A stretch of DNA of 64,000 bases from Acidobacteriota bacterium (GCA_021781795.1 JAJXWA010000008.1:4860-68859), one strand, 5' to 3'; shown: positions 18,734-29,035, counted from the stretch's first letter. The notes: generated by a model from the letters alone, not told the origin. Numbers and translations are program-made.

Positions 18734-20974
18734 ATGAAACGACGCATCGTGCAATCGCTCGCACTGACCGCAGCTCTCTTTGCGGCATCCAGCGCATTCG
18801 CTCAGCTCCCGTGGATGCAAAGGGCGAAACATTACGCCTGGTCTGACGCGAGCCTTTCTCCGGATTCGCGCGCCGATTTAGTCATCAAAGAAATGACGCT
18901 GGATGAAAAGATCTCCCTGCTGCATGGTCAGGGCATGCCGTTCTTTTCCAATGCGCCCAGTGAATCCAACGGCGGCGCGGGCTACACCAACGCAATTCCT
19001 CGCCTCGGCATTCCCGCGATTCAAATGGCGGACTCAGCTTACGGAGTCACGCGTGGCGCAGCGGCGGGCCGCTACTCCACCGCGCTGCCCAACAACCTCG
19101 GCGCGGCGTCCTCGTGGGATCCTGAAGCAGCCTTTGAGTACGGCGCGCTTATCGGTCGCGAGCTGCGTGATGAAGGCTACAGCATGACCCTCGGCGGCGG
19201 CGTGAATCTCGCCCGCGAGCCGCGCAACGGCCGCACCTTCGAGTATCAGGGCGAAGACCCGCTCCTCGCCGGCACGCTCGACGGCAACGTGGAAAAGGGC
19301 GTCCAGTCGGTCCACATCATCGGCGACCTCAAGCATTACGCGATCAACGATCAGGAGAGCGGTCGCAACGCCGTCAATGCCAACATCAGCAAGCGCGCCA
19401 TGCGCGAGTCCGATCTGCGCGCCTTTGAGATTGCGCTCGGCATCTCCAATGCTGGCGGCGTGATGTGCTCCTACAACCGCGTCAACGGCGACTTTGCCTG
19501 CGAAAACAGCTACCTGCTCAGCGATGTGCTCAAGAAGGACTTTCACTTCGAGGGGTTCGTTCTCTCCGACTGGGGTGGCACACACTCCACCGTGAAAGCC
19601 TCGCACGCCGGGCTCGACATGGAGCAGCCCGACAAGATTTTCTTCGGTGACCCGCTCAAAAATGCGGTCGAGAGTGGCGTGGTCTCCCAGGATGAGATCA
19701 ACGAGCACGTGCATCGCATCCTGCGCACGATCTTCGCGACAGGCCTCTTCGATCATCCAGTCGTCAAGCAGGTTCCCGATGTGGAAGGCGGATACCGCAT
19801 CGCGCAGCAGATTGCCGAGAAGAGCATCGTGCTCCTGAAGAACCGGCACGATCTGCTTCCACTCACCTCCGCGGTCCACTCCGTCGTACTCATCGGTGGA
19901 CACGCCGACGTGGGCGTCATCACGGGCGGCGGCTCTGCGCAGGTGGATGCGCCGGGCGGCTCTGCGGTACCGGCTCCGACACCGAAAAATATGATGGAGG
20001 CGATCATCCACAGACAGTGGCTGCCCAGCTCGCCTTTGCGCGCGCTGCAGGCAGTTATGCCCTCTGCGAAGATCTCTTACGTCTCCGGAGACGATCTCCA
20101 GGCCGCGGCTGCAGCTGCAAAATCGGCCGATGTGGCCATCGTCTTCGCCTATCAGTGGGAATCCGAAGGGATGGATCTCTCCACGCTCGATCTCTCTGAC
20201 GATCAGAACAAACTGATTGAGACCGTCGCAGCCGCCAATCCGAAGAGCGTCGTCGTGCTGGAGACAGGCAGCCCTGCGACCATGCCATGGATCGACAACG
20301 CCGCCGCCGTGGTGGAGGCCTGGTATCCGGGTATCCGCGGCGCAGAGGCACTGGCCAACATCCTCACCGGCGCGGTGAACCCCACTGGCAAGCTCGCCAT
20401 CACCTTCCCGAAGTCCGATGCCGATCTGCCGCATCCGAAGCTCGTGCTGCCTCCGCCGGAATCCGAGATTAACTTCGGCGCTCCCGGCGCAGACATCTCC
20501 AACATCATGAGCAAAATGGCAAAGGGTCTTCCACCATTCCAGACCTACTATGACGAGGGCCTAAAGGTCGGCTACAAGTGGTATGACGCCGAAAAGAAAC
20601 CCGTGCTCTTTCCATTCGGCTTCGGACTTTCCTACACCACCTACGGTTACTCCGGTCTCTCCGTCACGCCGGGTGACTCCACGGCCGTCTCATTCACTGT
20701 GCGCAACACCGGCAAGCGCGCCGGCACCGAGATCGCCGAGGTCTACGCATCCTTGCCCGACGCATCCGGCGAGCCGCCCAAGCGCCTTGTTGGCTGGGCG
20801 CGCGTGGATCTGGCTCCTGGTGAATCGAAGCAGATCTCCGTTCCCGTCAGTCGTGATCGTCTCACCGTCTTCGACGAGGCCTCGGACTCATGGAAGCTGG
20901 TTCCTGGCGAGTATGTCATCCGCGTCGGCGGATCGTCGCAGAATCTGCCCCTGCAAAAGGCAGTCTCCTTCTAG
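18734..20974 (+). CDS. Secreted GH3 beta-glucosidase with Fn3-like C-terminal domain
   Basis: Signal peptide ending AFAQ, MTLDEKI, REPRNGRTFE, LKHYAIN, FVLSDWGG nucleophile, FPFGFGLSYT. Confidence 0.92.
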   Translation: MKRRIVQSLALTAALFAASSAFAQLPWMQRAKHYAWSDASLSPDSRADLVIKEMTLDEKISLLHGQGMPFFSNAPSESNGGAGYTNAIPRLGIPAIQMADSAYGVTRGAAAGRYSTALPNNLGAASSWDPEAAFEYGALIGRELRDEGYSMTLGGGVNLAREPRNGRTFEYQGEDPLLAGTLDGNVEKGVQSVHIIGDLKHYAINDQESGRNAVNANISKRAMRESDLRAFEIALGISNAGGVMCSYNRVNGDFACENSYLLSDVLKKDFHFEGFVLSDWGGTHSTVKASHAGLDMEQPDKIFFGDPLKNAVESGVVSQDEINEHVHRILRTIFATGLFDHPVVKQVPDVEGGYRIAQQIAEKSIVLLKNRHDLLPLTSAVHSVVLIGGHADVGVITGGGSAQVDAPGGSAVPAPTPKNMMEAIIHRQWLPSSPLRALQAVMPSAKISYVSGDDLQAAAAAAKSADVAIVFAYQWESEGMDLSTLDLSDDQNKLIETVAAANPKSVVVLETGSPATMPWIDNAAAVVEAWYPGIRGAEALANILTGAVNPTGKLAITFPKSDADLPHPKLVLPPPESEINFGAPGADISNIMSKMAKGLPPFQTYYDEGLKVGYKWYDAEKKPVLFPFGFGLSYTTYGYSGLSVTPGDSTAVSFTVRNTGKRAGTEIAEVYASLPDASGEPPKRLVGWARVDLAPGESKQISVPVSRDRLTVFDEASDSWKLVPGEYVIRVGGSSQNLPLQKAVSF

Positions 20975-21055
20975 CAACAGTCGGGCGGGCTCCATCGGTG
21001 TTGTGATCTCCGGTGAAGCCTGCCTGAGCAACCGTCCAACTCCTCACTCCGAAAG

Positions 21056-21481
21056 GTGAACACACGCATGAAGTCCTTCCTCGCAGCCTCCACCCTCCTG
21101 TTCGCATCGTCCGCATTTGCCGCAGGCGTGCCCAGCCTCACCGGCCAGTGGGCCGTTCACAACAGCATTGCTGGCAATGAAAGCGATCAGGAATGCAAGT
21201 TTGTGCTGGCCGACAACAAGATCACCGGCACCTGCAAGTCCGAGGACAAGGAGGTTCAGGTAAAGGGGAGCCTCGACGGCAACAAGGTCACGTGGACGTA
21301 TGACATGGACTACAACGGCAGCCCGCTGACGCTCACTTACACAGCCACGCTCGACGACTCCGGCAAAATCGCGGGCAATGTCGAAGTCGATCCCTTCGGC
21401 GTTACCGGCGACTTCACTGCGACCGCCGAACCGGCAGCGTCTGCAGCGCCGTCAGCTCCCACAAGCAACCCAGCCAAGTAG
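21056..21481 (+). CDS. Small secreted beta-rich hypothetical protein
   Basis: GTG start behind GAAAGG, signal peptide (ASSAFAA), SLTGQW...two Cys; co-oriented with GH3. Confidence 0.7.
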   Translation: MNTRMKSFLAASTLLFASSAFAAGVPSLTGQWAVHNSIAGNESDQECKFVLADNKITGTCKSEDKEVQVKGSLDGNKVTWTYDMDYNGSPLTLTYTATLDDSGKIAGNVEVDPFGVTGDFTATAEPAASAAPSAPTSNPAK

Positions 21482-21738
21482 AGATACGTTCATCCACCGT
21501 TCGGACCGGTTCATGCAGCGCTCTGGGGCACAGCTCGCCCCAGAAGCCCCGGAGATTCCTTGTGGGAGGATCCCCGGGGTTCTTCTCGGGTCCAGACTGG
21601 CCTTCCGAGTGAGATGTCCTATCCAGCATGCATCAAAGGCGCACAAAGATAGCCCCTCCGAGTCAGCGTACTGGATGAGCAAGTCTCGGCAAATACGTCG
21701 CCGACTTCAGGCAATCTCTTGTAAATCAGTAAGTTATT

Positions 21739-21816
21739 TGGCGTCCCCGACGGGATTTGAACCCGTGTTATCGCCGTGAAAGGGCGGTGTCCTGGGCCGG
21801 GCTAGACGACGGGGAC
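21739..21816 (-). tRNA. tRNA-Glu (anticodon TTC)
   Basis: Reverse complement GTCCCCGTCGTCTAGCCCGGCCCAGGACACCGCCCTTTCACGGCGATAACACGGGTTCAAATCCCGTCGGGGACGCCA folds as a cloverleaf with encoded CCA. Confidence 0.97.
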
Positions 21817-21870
21817 GCAAAGAGGATAGCGCGCTGCAATTCGCTGGAGTACGCGAACTGGCCCGTATTC

Positions 21871-21899
21871 AGGCTACCAACTCGTATCAGCCCTGTCAA
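21871..21899 (-). promoter_or_regulatory. Sigma70 promoter for tRNA-Glu
   Basis: TTGACA-17 nt-TAGCCT on the minus strand upstream of the tRNA. Confidence 0.65.
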
Positions 21900-22265
21900 A
21901 AGACTAAGATGCGTCGCATCGATCAAGTTTCCTCTTTCAACCCCGCGCGGGACCAAATCTCCCTCCGCAAGGTTCGCATGCCCGGATGAACTCCGGACGG
22001 CGCCGTTCACCGATTTGCTCCAATTGGTGAGGACTTTGGGTGGAGCGGTTTAGCTAAGTCCACGGACCGCAATTTTTTGCGACAATGGAAAGGCGCAACT
22101 CGTCCAATTGATAATAGTCGCCGCGTGTCCTGAGCCCCGGCGGGAGAAATGGCTGTATGCCTCGTTCCCGAACCGGATAGGCACACTCAATCCGGTGGCA
22201 TGGCACGCACTTTTCCTCGCAGCGTGGCTCCCGCGCTAGTCAAGGACAACAGGAAGAAGGCCTCA

Positions 22266-23369
22266 GTGAGATCAATCACCGCTCCACGTATTTACGCACT
22301 CATCTTCGCAGGTGGAATCAGTCTTATTGCCGGTGGTTGCCAGCAGAACAAGGTAGCTCAGGCCGCCGGGCCGGCCATGCAGGCGATGCCGGTCAAGACG
22401 GTCGCTGTGACGCTGGCGCCTGTGGCCCAGAGCAGCGAGTATGTGGCCACCATCAAGTCGCGGCACTCGGCGACACTGCAGCCGCAGGTCAGCGGCAGGC
22501 TGACGCAGATTCTTGCGCGGTCAGGGGATCACGTGAAGGTCGGACAGCCGCTGATGACCATCGACGCCCAGCCGCAACTCGCCACCGTCCAGGCCCAGCG
22601 CGCGACGGAGCAACAGAAGAAAGCCCTCTTCGACTACAACACCATCCAGCTCAATCGCCAGCGCAAGCTCTTTGACGCGGGTGTAACCAGCCGCGATGCG
22701 CTGGATCAGGCGGAGCAGGCCTTCGGCAATTCCAAGGCCGACTACGAGTCCGCCGTTGCGCTGCGCAAGACGCAGGAAGAGCAGCTGAACTACTACACCA
22801 TCCGCTCGCCTTACAACGGCATCGTAGGCGACATCCCGGTGCACGTGGGGGACTACGTCTCATCCAGCACGGTCCTCACCACGGTCGATGAGTCCGGCGA
22901 CCTTGAAGCCTACATCTACGTGCCCACCGACCGCGCCAGCCAGGTCAAGCTGGGGCTCGATGTCGAGATCAGCGACACCAACGGCAAGCTGCTTGAAAAG
23001 ACCCGTATCGATTTCCTGTCTCCGCAGGTGGATCCCACGATGCAGGGCATCCTGGTCAAGGCGCCTGTCCACTCGACCGAAGAGATCATGCGCAACGCGC
23101 AGATGGTCAAGGCACGCGTGATCTGGAATACGTCACCCATGGCTGTTGTGCCAGTGCTTGCCGTGACTCGCCTCGGCGGCCAGACCTTCGCTTTCGTGGT
23201 GCGCCAGGCCAACGGCCACGCCATCGCTGCGGAGGTGCCGGTGACGCTTGGCGAGACCGTGGGCAACACTTATGCGGTGCTTGCAGGGCTGAAGGAGGGC
23301 GATCAGGTGATCGTCTCCGGCACCCAGTTCCTCGTGAACGGAATGCCTGTGCTTCCGCTCGGCGCTTAG
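22266..23369 (+). CDS. RND efflux periplasmic adaptor (MFP) lipoprotein
   Basis: Lipobox-like IAGGC, LQPQVSGRL...GDHVKVGQPL, IRSPYNGIVG, GLKEGDQVIVSG. Start uncertain (GTG 22266 or ATG 22149). Confidence 0.9.
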   Translation: MRSITAPRIYALIFAGGISLIAGGCQQNKVAQAAGPAMQAMPVKTVAVTLAPVAQSSEYVATIKSRHSATLQPQVSGRLTQILARSGDHVKVGQPLMTIDAQPQLATVQAQRATEQQKKALFDYNTIQLNRQRKLFDAGVTSRDALDQAEQAFGNSKADYESAVALRKTQEEQLNYYTIRSPYNGIVGDIPVHVGDYVSSSTVLTTVDESGDLEAYIYVPTDRASQVKLGLDVEISDTNGKLLEKTRIDFLSPQVDPTMQGILVKAPVHSTEEIMRNAQMVKARVIWNTSPMAVVPVLAVTRLGGQTFAFVVRQANGHAIAAEVPVTLGETVGNTYAVLAGLKEGDQVIVSGTQFLVNGMPVLPLGA

Positions 23370-23462
23370 CGCTCCGGGCTTGCTATTCGCCCTCCGGCTG
23401 AGGGCATCCGGCGAAGCTGTTTCTCTGCGTCCGCCGCCAACGCTCTGGAAAGTAGGCCTCTC

Positions 23463-26400
23463 TTGTTTGTTGACTTCTTTATTCACCGGCCTGTCTTCGC
23501 CACGGTGTGCGCCCTGCTCATCATCCTTGCAGGCGCCATCTCCATCCCCACTCTGCCTGTCGCCATGTATCCCAACCTGGCGCCGCCGATGGTCTCTGTC
23601 TCCACCAATTATGTGGGTGCGAATGCAGACACGGTGGAAAAGGCCGTCACGATTCCTCTCGAAGAGTCCATCAACGGCGTCGAGGGCATGCGCTACATTG
23701 ACTCCGCCAGCACCAACAACGGCACCAGCGAGATCTCCGTCACCTTCCAGACCGGATACGATCTGAACATCGCCGCGGTGGATGTGCAGAACCGCGTCGC
23801 CAGCGTCACGGGCCGGTTGCCCGCAGCCGTCAACGCCACCGGCATCTCCATTACCAAGGCCAACAGCAACTTTGTCTTCGGCGCCGGCTTCTTCACCCGC
23901 GACGGCCGCTACTCCAACGAGTTCATCTCCAACTATCTCGACGTGTATGTGAAGGACGCTATCAAGCGCGTGCCCGGCGTTGGCGACGTTGAGATCTTCG
24001 GCGAGCGCAAGTATGCCATGCGCATCTGGCTTGACCCGGTGAAGCTAGCGGCGCGCAGCCTCACCGCAACCGACGTAGTGAATGCGCTTGCGGAGCAGAA
24101 CGTCGAGATTCCTGCTGGTCAACTTGGACAGCCACCCTCCGACGGCACGCAGGCGTTCCAGATCCCGGTTCGCGTGGTTGGCCGTCTCACCAGCCCGCAG
24201 GAATTTGAAAACATCATCGTCAAGAACAGCCCCAACGGAGTCATCCTGCTGAAGGACGTGGGCCATGCCGAGGTCGGCGCAGAAGACTACAGCTCCAGCC
24301 TCAAGTACAACGGCCACCCCGCACAGGGCATCGGCGTACAGCAGCTCTCCAATGCCAATGCGCTCGCCGTGGACGCCAACGCCAAAGCCGTGCTCAAAGA
24401 GCTCTCGAAGAGCTTTCCGCCAGGGCTCGAATACGCGGTTGCGTTTGACTCGACGACCGTCGTCGGCGATTCCATCCGCGAGGTTCTGGTTACGCTGGGC
24501 GAAGCCATCGCCATCGTCATCGTCGTCATCTTCCTGTTCCTTCTGGACTGGCGCGCGACCATCATCCCGGCCGTTACCATCCCTGTGTCGCTCGTCGGCA
24601 CCTTTGCTTTCATCAAGGCCTTCGGCTTCTCGGTCAACTCGCTGACCCTCTTCGGCATTACGCTGGCCACTGGCCTGGTTGTGGACGATGCGATCGTCGT
24701 CATCGAGAACGTGCAGCGACACATTCACATGGAGCACTCCGATCCGCATGAAGCGACGTCGCGCGCCATGCGCGAGGTCACTAGCGCGGTTATCGCTACA
24801 TCGCTCGTGCTCATCGCCGTCTTCGTTCCTGTTTCGTTCTTCCCCGGCACAACGGGCATCCTCTATCGCCAGTTCTCGCTGACGATCGCGTTCTCCATCG
24901 CTATCTCGGCTTTTAACGCGCTCACACTTTCGCCTGCTCTGTCGGCTCTGTTTCTACGTGGCGAGGAAGTCCGCCCGCATCAGCTCGACTTTCTCCACAT
25001 TCGCCCAGTCTCCCGCGCATTTGCGGCCTTCATCCACGGCGCTGACGCGTCGATCGGCTGGCTCGGGAAATCCTACGCAAAGGCGATTCACGGCGCGCTA
25101 CGGATTCGGTACATCCTTCTCGTTGTTTTCATCGCCGGCCTCGGCGCTACCGTCTGGCTCTACAAGCACGTTCCCACCGGCTTCATCCCCCAGGAGGACC
25201 AGGGCTTTCTGATTGGGATTGTGCAGGCTCCTCCGGGCTCGTCGCTTGCCTACACATCCGCCCTGTCCGATCGCGCGGCGGCGATTATCGGCTCCAATCC
25301 CGACATTGAGGGCGCCTTCGCCGTCACAGGCTTCAGCTTCTCTGGCGGCGCTGCGAATCAGGGCATGATCTTCATCAGCACCAAACCTGCCGATCAGCGG
25401 CGCGGCAAGGGCCACTCTGCAGCAGACATCGTGGCCGATCTCGCGCCGAAACTCCAGAGCCTGCTTTTCGCGCCGAATGGCGGTCTCGTCGCCGTCATTC
25501 AGCCTCCCGCCGTGCAGGGTGTGGGCAGTTACGGCGGCTTCCAGTTCATGCTGCAGGACAGCGGCGTCAACACGCTCGCCGATCTCGACCGCGTCGCGCA
25601 TCAGATCGTAAACGGCGCCCGCGCCCGCAAGGACATTACCGGACTGATTACGACCTACTCGGCAAACGACCCGCAGGTGCTGGTCACCATTGATCGCGAG
25701 AAAGCCAAGGCGATGGGCATACCCCTCTCGCAGATTACGACCACGCTCGGCGTCTATATGGGCTCGCAGTACGTCAACGACTTCGACTTCAACAACCGCA
25801 CCTACCGCGTGTATGTGCAGGCGGACCGCGGCTTCCGGCGCACTGCCGGCGACCTGCATGCCTATTACGTACGCTCCGACGGCGGCCAGATGATTCCGCT
25901 CGACAACCTCGTCTCGGTGGCGGAGAGCGCGGGCCCGCCTGTCATTTCCCACTACAATCTCTTCCGCTCGGTGGAAATCGACGGCTCGCCGGCACCGGGC
26001 TACAGCTCGGGACAGGGCATCCAAGGCATGGAAGACCTGGCGAAGAAGTACATGCTGCCCGGAATGCGTTATGAGTGGACGGGCCTGACGCTCGACGAAA
26101 TCGAGTCTGCTGGCCGCGCCACGCTGATCTTCGGCCTTGGCATCCTCGTTGTCTACCTCACGCTTTCCGCGCAGTACGAGAGCTTCGCCTTGCCGTTCAT
26201 CATCCTGCTGGCCGTGCCCATGGCCGTGCTCGGCGCGCTCGGCTTTGTGACGTTGCGCGGGCTTTCCAACGATGTCTACTGCCAGATTGGTCTGGTCATG
26301 CTCATCGGTCTCTCCGCCAAGAACTCCATCCTCATCGTTGAGTTTGCGGAACAGCTTCGCCGCCAGGGGCGCTCTATCACGGACGCCGCGATCGAGGCGG

Positions 26401-26639
26401 CCGAGCTGCGTCTCCGGCCCATTCTCATGACCTCGTTCGCCTTTATTCTCGGCGTGATGCCGCTGGTCTTTGCCACCGGCGCGGGCGCCATTGGCCGCCG
26501 CTCCGTGGGCACCACCATTGTCGGCGGCATGTTGTTCTCCACCGTTCTCAACCTTTTCTTTATCCCGGTTTTGTACGTGCTTCTCAGCCGTCTGCTGCAG
26601 CGCAAGGAATCGGCCGAGCCGGTCACGGTTGCGGGCTGA
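23463..26639 (+). CDS. HAE1-family RND efflux permease (AcrB-like)
   Basis: FFIHRPVFA, GLVVDDAIVVIENV, GLSAKNSILIVEFA, RLRPILMTS; 1058 aa. Confidence 0.96.
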   Translation: MFVDFFIHRPVFATVCALLIILAGAISIPTLPVAMYPNLAPPMVSVSTNYVGANADTVEKAVTIPLEESINGVEGMRYIDSASTNNGTSEISVTFQTGYDLNIAAVDVQNRVASVTGRLPAAVNATGISITKANSNFVFGAGFFTRDGRYSNEFISNYLDVYVKDAIKRVPGVGDVEIFGERKYAMRIWLDPVKLAARSLTATDVVNALAEQNVEIPAGQLGQPPSDGTQAFQIPVRVVGRLTSPQEFENIIVKNSPNGVILLKDVGHAEVGAEDYSSSLKYNGHPAQGIGVQQLSNANALAVDANAKAVLKELSKSFPPGLEYAVAFDSTTVVGDSIREVLVTLGEAIAIVIVVIFLFLLDWRATIIPAVTIPVSLVGTFAFIKAFGFSVNSLTLFGITLATGLVVDDAIVVIENVQRHIHMEHSDPHEATSRAMREVTSAVIATSLVLIAVFVPVSFFPGTTGILYRQFSLTIAFSIAISAFNALTLSPALSALFLRGEEVRPHQLDFLHIRPVSRAFAAFIHGADASIGWLGKSYAKAIHGALRIRYILLVVFIAGLGATVWLYKHVPTGFIPQEDQGFLIGIVQAPPGSSLAYTSALSDRAAAIIGSNPDIEGAFAVTGFSFSGGAANQGMIFISTKPADQRRGKGHSAADIVADLAPKLQSLLFAPNGGLVAVIQPPAVQGVGSYGGFQFMLQDSGVNTLADLDRVAHQIVNGARARKDITGLITTYSANDPQVLVTIDREKAKAMGIPLSQITTTLGVYMGSQYVNDFDFNNRTYRVYVQADRGFRRTAGDLHAYYVRSDGGQMIPLDNLVSVAESAGPPVISHYNLFRSVEIDGSPAPGYSSGQGIQGMEDLAKKYMLPGMRYEWTGLTLDEIESAGRATLIFGLGILVVYLTLSAQYESFALPFIILLAVPMAVLGALGFVTLRGLSNDVYCQIGLVMLIGLSAKNSILIVEFAEQLRRQGRSITDAAIEAAELRLRPILMTSFAFILGVMPLVFATGAGAIGRRSVGTTIVGGMLFSTVLNLFFIPVLYVLLSRLLQRKESAEPVTVAG

Positions 26640-26922
26640 TGGTCGTTCCCACCTCGCGGCGCGCGACGATGAGATCTTTCACGCGGCTGTAGGCCTCCGG
26701 GGAAAGGATCCCGCGATCCAGTAGATTGTTCTTTGCGCGATAGGGCCTGAAGCGCACGATGCGACCGGCCCACGCGCGCGTCATACCAGGCACCTGCATT
26801 AACTCCTGCATGTTGGCCGTGTTGATGTCCACCCGCGGTTTCTCCGGGGGTGAGGCAGCGCCTTCTGCAACCATGAGAGCGGCGCACAAAGCTCACAACG
26901 CCGGCAATTTACGAATGCGCAC
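26623..26922 (-). CDS. ComEA-like helix-hairpin-helix protein with an in-frame TGA in its putative signal peptide (possible pseudogene)
   Basis: VDINTANMQELMQVPGM...AGRIVRFRPY HhH motif. GTG at 26922 behind GGAGA gives MRIRKLPAL*ALCAALMVA. Confidence 0.7.
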
Positions 26923-26993
26923 AGCTGCATTCTCCGCCCCGCAGGGGAGCATCGGCAACCCGGACCGATGCCTCTTCCTGTCACAATAGGGGT

Positions 26994-28829
26994 ATGGCGA
27001 CTGCTCCGAATTCCCCCGCGCCTCAGAATGGCGATTCCAGCATCATCCTCGACCATGCGCGTAAGGTAACGATCCTCGTCTTGTCTGTCGCGCTTGCCGT
27101 TTGTCTCTTCTTTGCATGGACCACGCGCGACGCCATGGAACATCTGCCGTTCCTGCCCGGTGTCAGCAAAGGCCATTTCGCCCCGGCTCATCCCAGTCTT
27201 GTAGACACGAGTCCCTGGCAGACTGCACAGGCTCTTGCACCTCTGGCCGTATCAGGAGAGGAGGTTGAGCTCGCCCGCGACGCCGAGCGACTTGCCGACC
27301 ACGATGTCGATCAGGCATTCGCCAGCAGCCTACGCATGGCGAACCTCGACGCACAGCATCGCGTTCTCACCGGCAAGGCTCTGGAAATCTCCAACCGAAT
27401 CACGCAGCTTCATCAGCTCATCCAGCAGGATCAGTCTCTCGTCGACAGCCTCTCCAGTCAGTCAGGGGCGAAGCAGAGCGCGGCGTCCGGTGGCGCGGAT
27501 CTCGACGTCGCCAAAGCGCAGCTTGGACTCGACACCGATGAGTTGAGCGATGCGGAGCGCGAGCTCGCCCGCGTCTCCGGTGACAGAAGCGTCGAAATTC
27601 AGGCTGAACTCGCCGAACATGAAGCCGCGATGAAGCAGTACGACGAGTCGATCAAAAGCGGGATGCCCCCTGCCGCGGTCGTCTCCCTGGGCCAGCGCGG
27701 CACGCTCAGCGCGCGCGCCTCCGCATGGTTCAGCCAGCGCGACCGTACCCAGCTTCTGCAGCGGGCCGTCCGCCAGACCCAAGCCGATATCACAGCACTC
27801 ACTACTCAACATAGTGCTCTCGAAGCTAAGGTGGACGCAGCGTCTTCCCCATCTGCTCTGCAAGGAAAAAGCGGTACGGATATGATGCAGAGCCTGCGTG
27901 ATCGCAGCGCCGAGCGGCAGATCCTAAGCATGCTGGACGATCGCATCCAGACCAGTCAGCAACTCGTCAACGTCTACTCCCGCTGGATCAATCAGGTCCA
28001 GATCCAGCACCGCATCGTCCTGCATCTCATTCTGCAATCGGTCGCGCTAATCGCCTTCATCGCGCTCTGTATGGTGCTTCTCGATGCATTGGTTCGCCAT
28101 CTCATGACGCGACCCTCGCTCGACCGCCGCCAGTTACATACCCTGCGCAGCGTTCTTGAAGTTGGTACACAGATTCTCGGCGTCGTCCTTATTCTCTTTG
28201 TCATCTTCGGTACGCCGCGCGAGACCACGACCATGATCGGCCTCGCTACGGCTGGCATCACCATCGTCATGCAAGACTTCATCCTCGCCTTCTTCGGCTG
28301 GTTTGTCCTCATCGGCAAAAACGGCATCCACGTGGGCGACTGGGTTGAGATCAACGGTGTAGGCGGTGAAGTAACGGAGGTGGGCCTGATGACCACCACG
28401 TTACTCGAAACCGGCTCCCTTGCCGACAAGGGCTTTCCTACGGGCCGGCGCATTTCGTTCATGAATGGATTCGCGATCCGCGGTCAGTATTTCAACTTTT
28501 CTACCGTCGGCCAATGGATGTGGGATGAGATCTCCCTGGCCCTGCCAGCAAGCGATGACCTGCACTCTAGAGTGGAGCGCATCCGCGATACGGTTCTGAA
28601 GGAGACGCAAGAGAATGTCCGCATGGCCGAGCACGAGTGGCATCACGGTACGCGCAGCGATCGCCTCAGCCGTTTTTCCGCACAGCCCATCGTCACCATG
28701 CGCCCCACCTCATCCGGCGTTGAAGTGGATGTGCGGTATGTGACTCGCGCAGCGGACCGCTATGCGCTGCGCAACCGGCTTAACCAAGATCTCATCGAGA
28801 TGCTGCACGAGCAGCCCGCCGCTTCGTGA
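26994..28829 (+). CDS. MscS-family mechanosensitive channel with long periplasmic coiled-coil
   Basis: N-terminal TM, coiled coil, three TMs, then QDFILAFFGW...IHVGDWVEINGVGGEVTEVGLMTT. Confidence 0.88.
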   Translation: MATAPNSPAPQNGDSSIILDHARKVTILVLSVALAVCLFFAWTTRDAMEHLPFLPGVSKGHFAPAHPSLVDTSPWQTAQALAPLAVSGEEVELARDAERLADHDVDQAFASSLRMANLDAQHRVLTGKALEISNRITQLHQLIQQDQSLVDSLSSQSGAKQSAASGGADLDVAKAQLGLDTDELSDAERELARVSGDRSVEIQAELAEHEAAMKQYDESIKSGMPPAAVVSLGQRGTLSARASAWFSQRDRTQLLQRAVRQTQADITALTTQHSALEAKVDAASSPSALQGKSGTDMMQSLRDRSAERQILSMLDDRIQTSQQLVNVYSRWINQVQIQHRIVLHLILQSVALIAFIALCMVLLDALVRHLMTRPSLDRRQLHTLRSVLEVGTQILGVVLILFVIFGTPRETTTMIGLATAGITIVMQDFILAFFGWFVLIGKNGIHVGDWVEINGVGGEVTEVGLMTTTLLETGSLADKGFPTGRRISFMNGFAIRGQYFNFSTVGQWMWDEISLALPASDDLHSRVERIRDTVLKETQENVRMAEHEWHHGTRSDRLSRFSAQPIVTMRPTSSGVEVDVRYVTRAADRYALRNRLNQDLIEMLHEQPAAS

Positions 28830-28860
28830 GATCCTCACCTGCAAGCGCGGCAGAAGGTGA

Positions 28861-28890
28861 TTGACACGAACCGCCGCGCACCAGTACATT
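28861..28890 (+). promoter_or_regulatory. his operon sigma70 promoter
   Basis: TTGACA-18 nt-TACATT directly before the leader ORF. Confidence 0.75.
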
Positions 28891-28898
28891 GATTGCAG

Positions 28899-28976
28899 AT
28901 GCAGAGCCACCGCCATCACGGTCATCACCATCATCATGGACATTCCATGACGGCGGACTGCACTGGCCTGAAGTAA
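28899..28976 (+). CDS. hisL: his operon leader peptide
   Basis: MQSHRHHGHHHHHGHSMTADCTGLK*, with 9 His codons (5 consecutive), upstream of a terminator and hisI. Confidence 0.85.
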   Translation: MQSHRHHGHHHHHGHSMTADCTGLK

Positions 28977-29003
28977 TCAGCCAGACGAGATCAGGATCTA
29001 AGC

Positions 29004-29035
29004 AAGCCCGCCGGCCACACGCCGCGGGCTTTTTT
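29004..29035 (+). terminator. his attenuator terminator
   Basis: AAGCCCGC(C)GGC-CACAC-GCCGCGGGCTTTTTT hairpin with T tract between the leader and hisI. Confidence 0.85.

Noticed and set aside
21739-21816. Active integrative element at tRNA-Glu
   Set aside because: No integrase and no second copy of the tRNA 3' end found in the window.
26893-26895. Selenocysteine recoding of the TGA in the HhH gene
   Set aside because: The codon lies in a signal-peptide-like region, not a redox motif, and I see no convincing SECIS.
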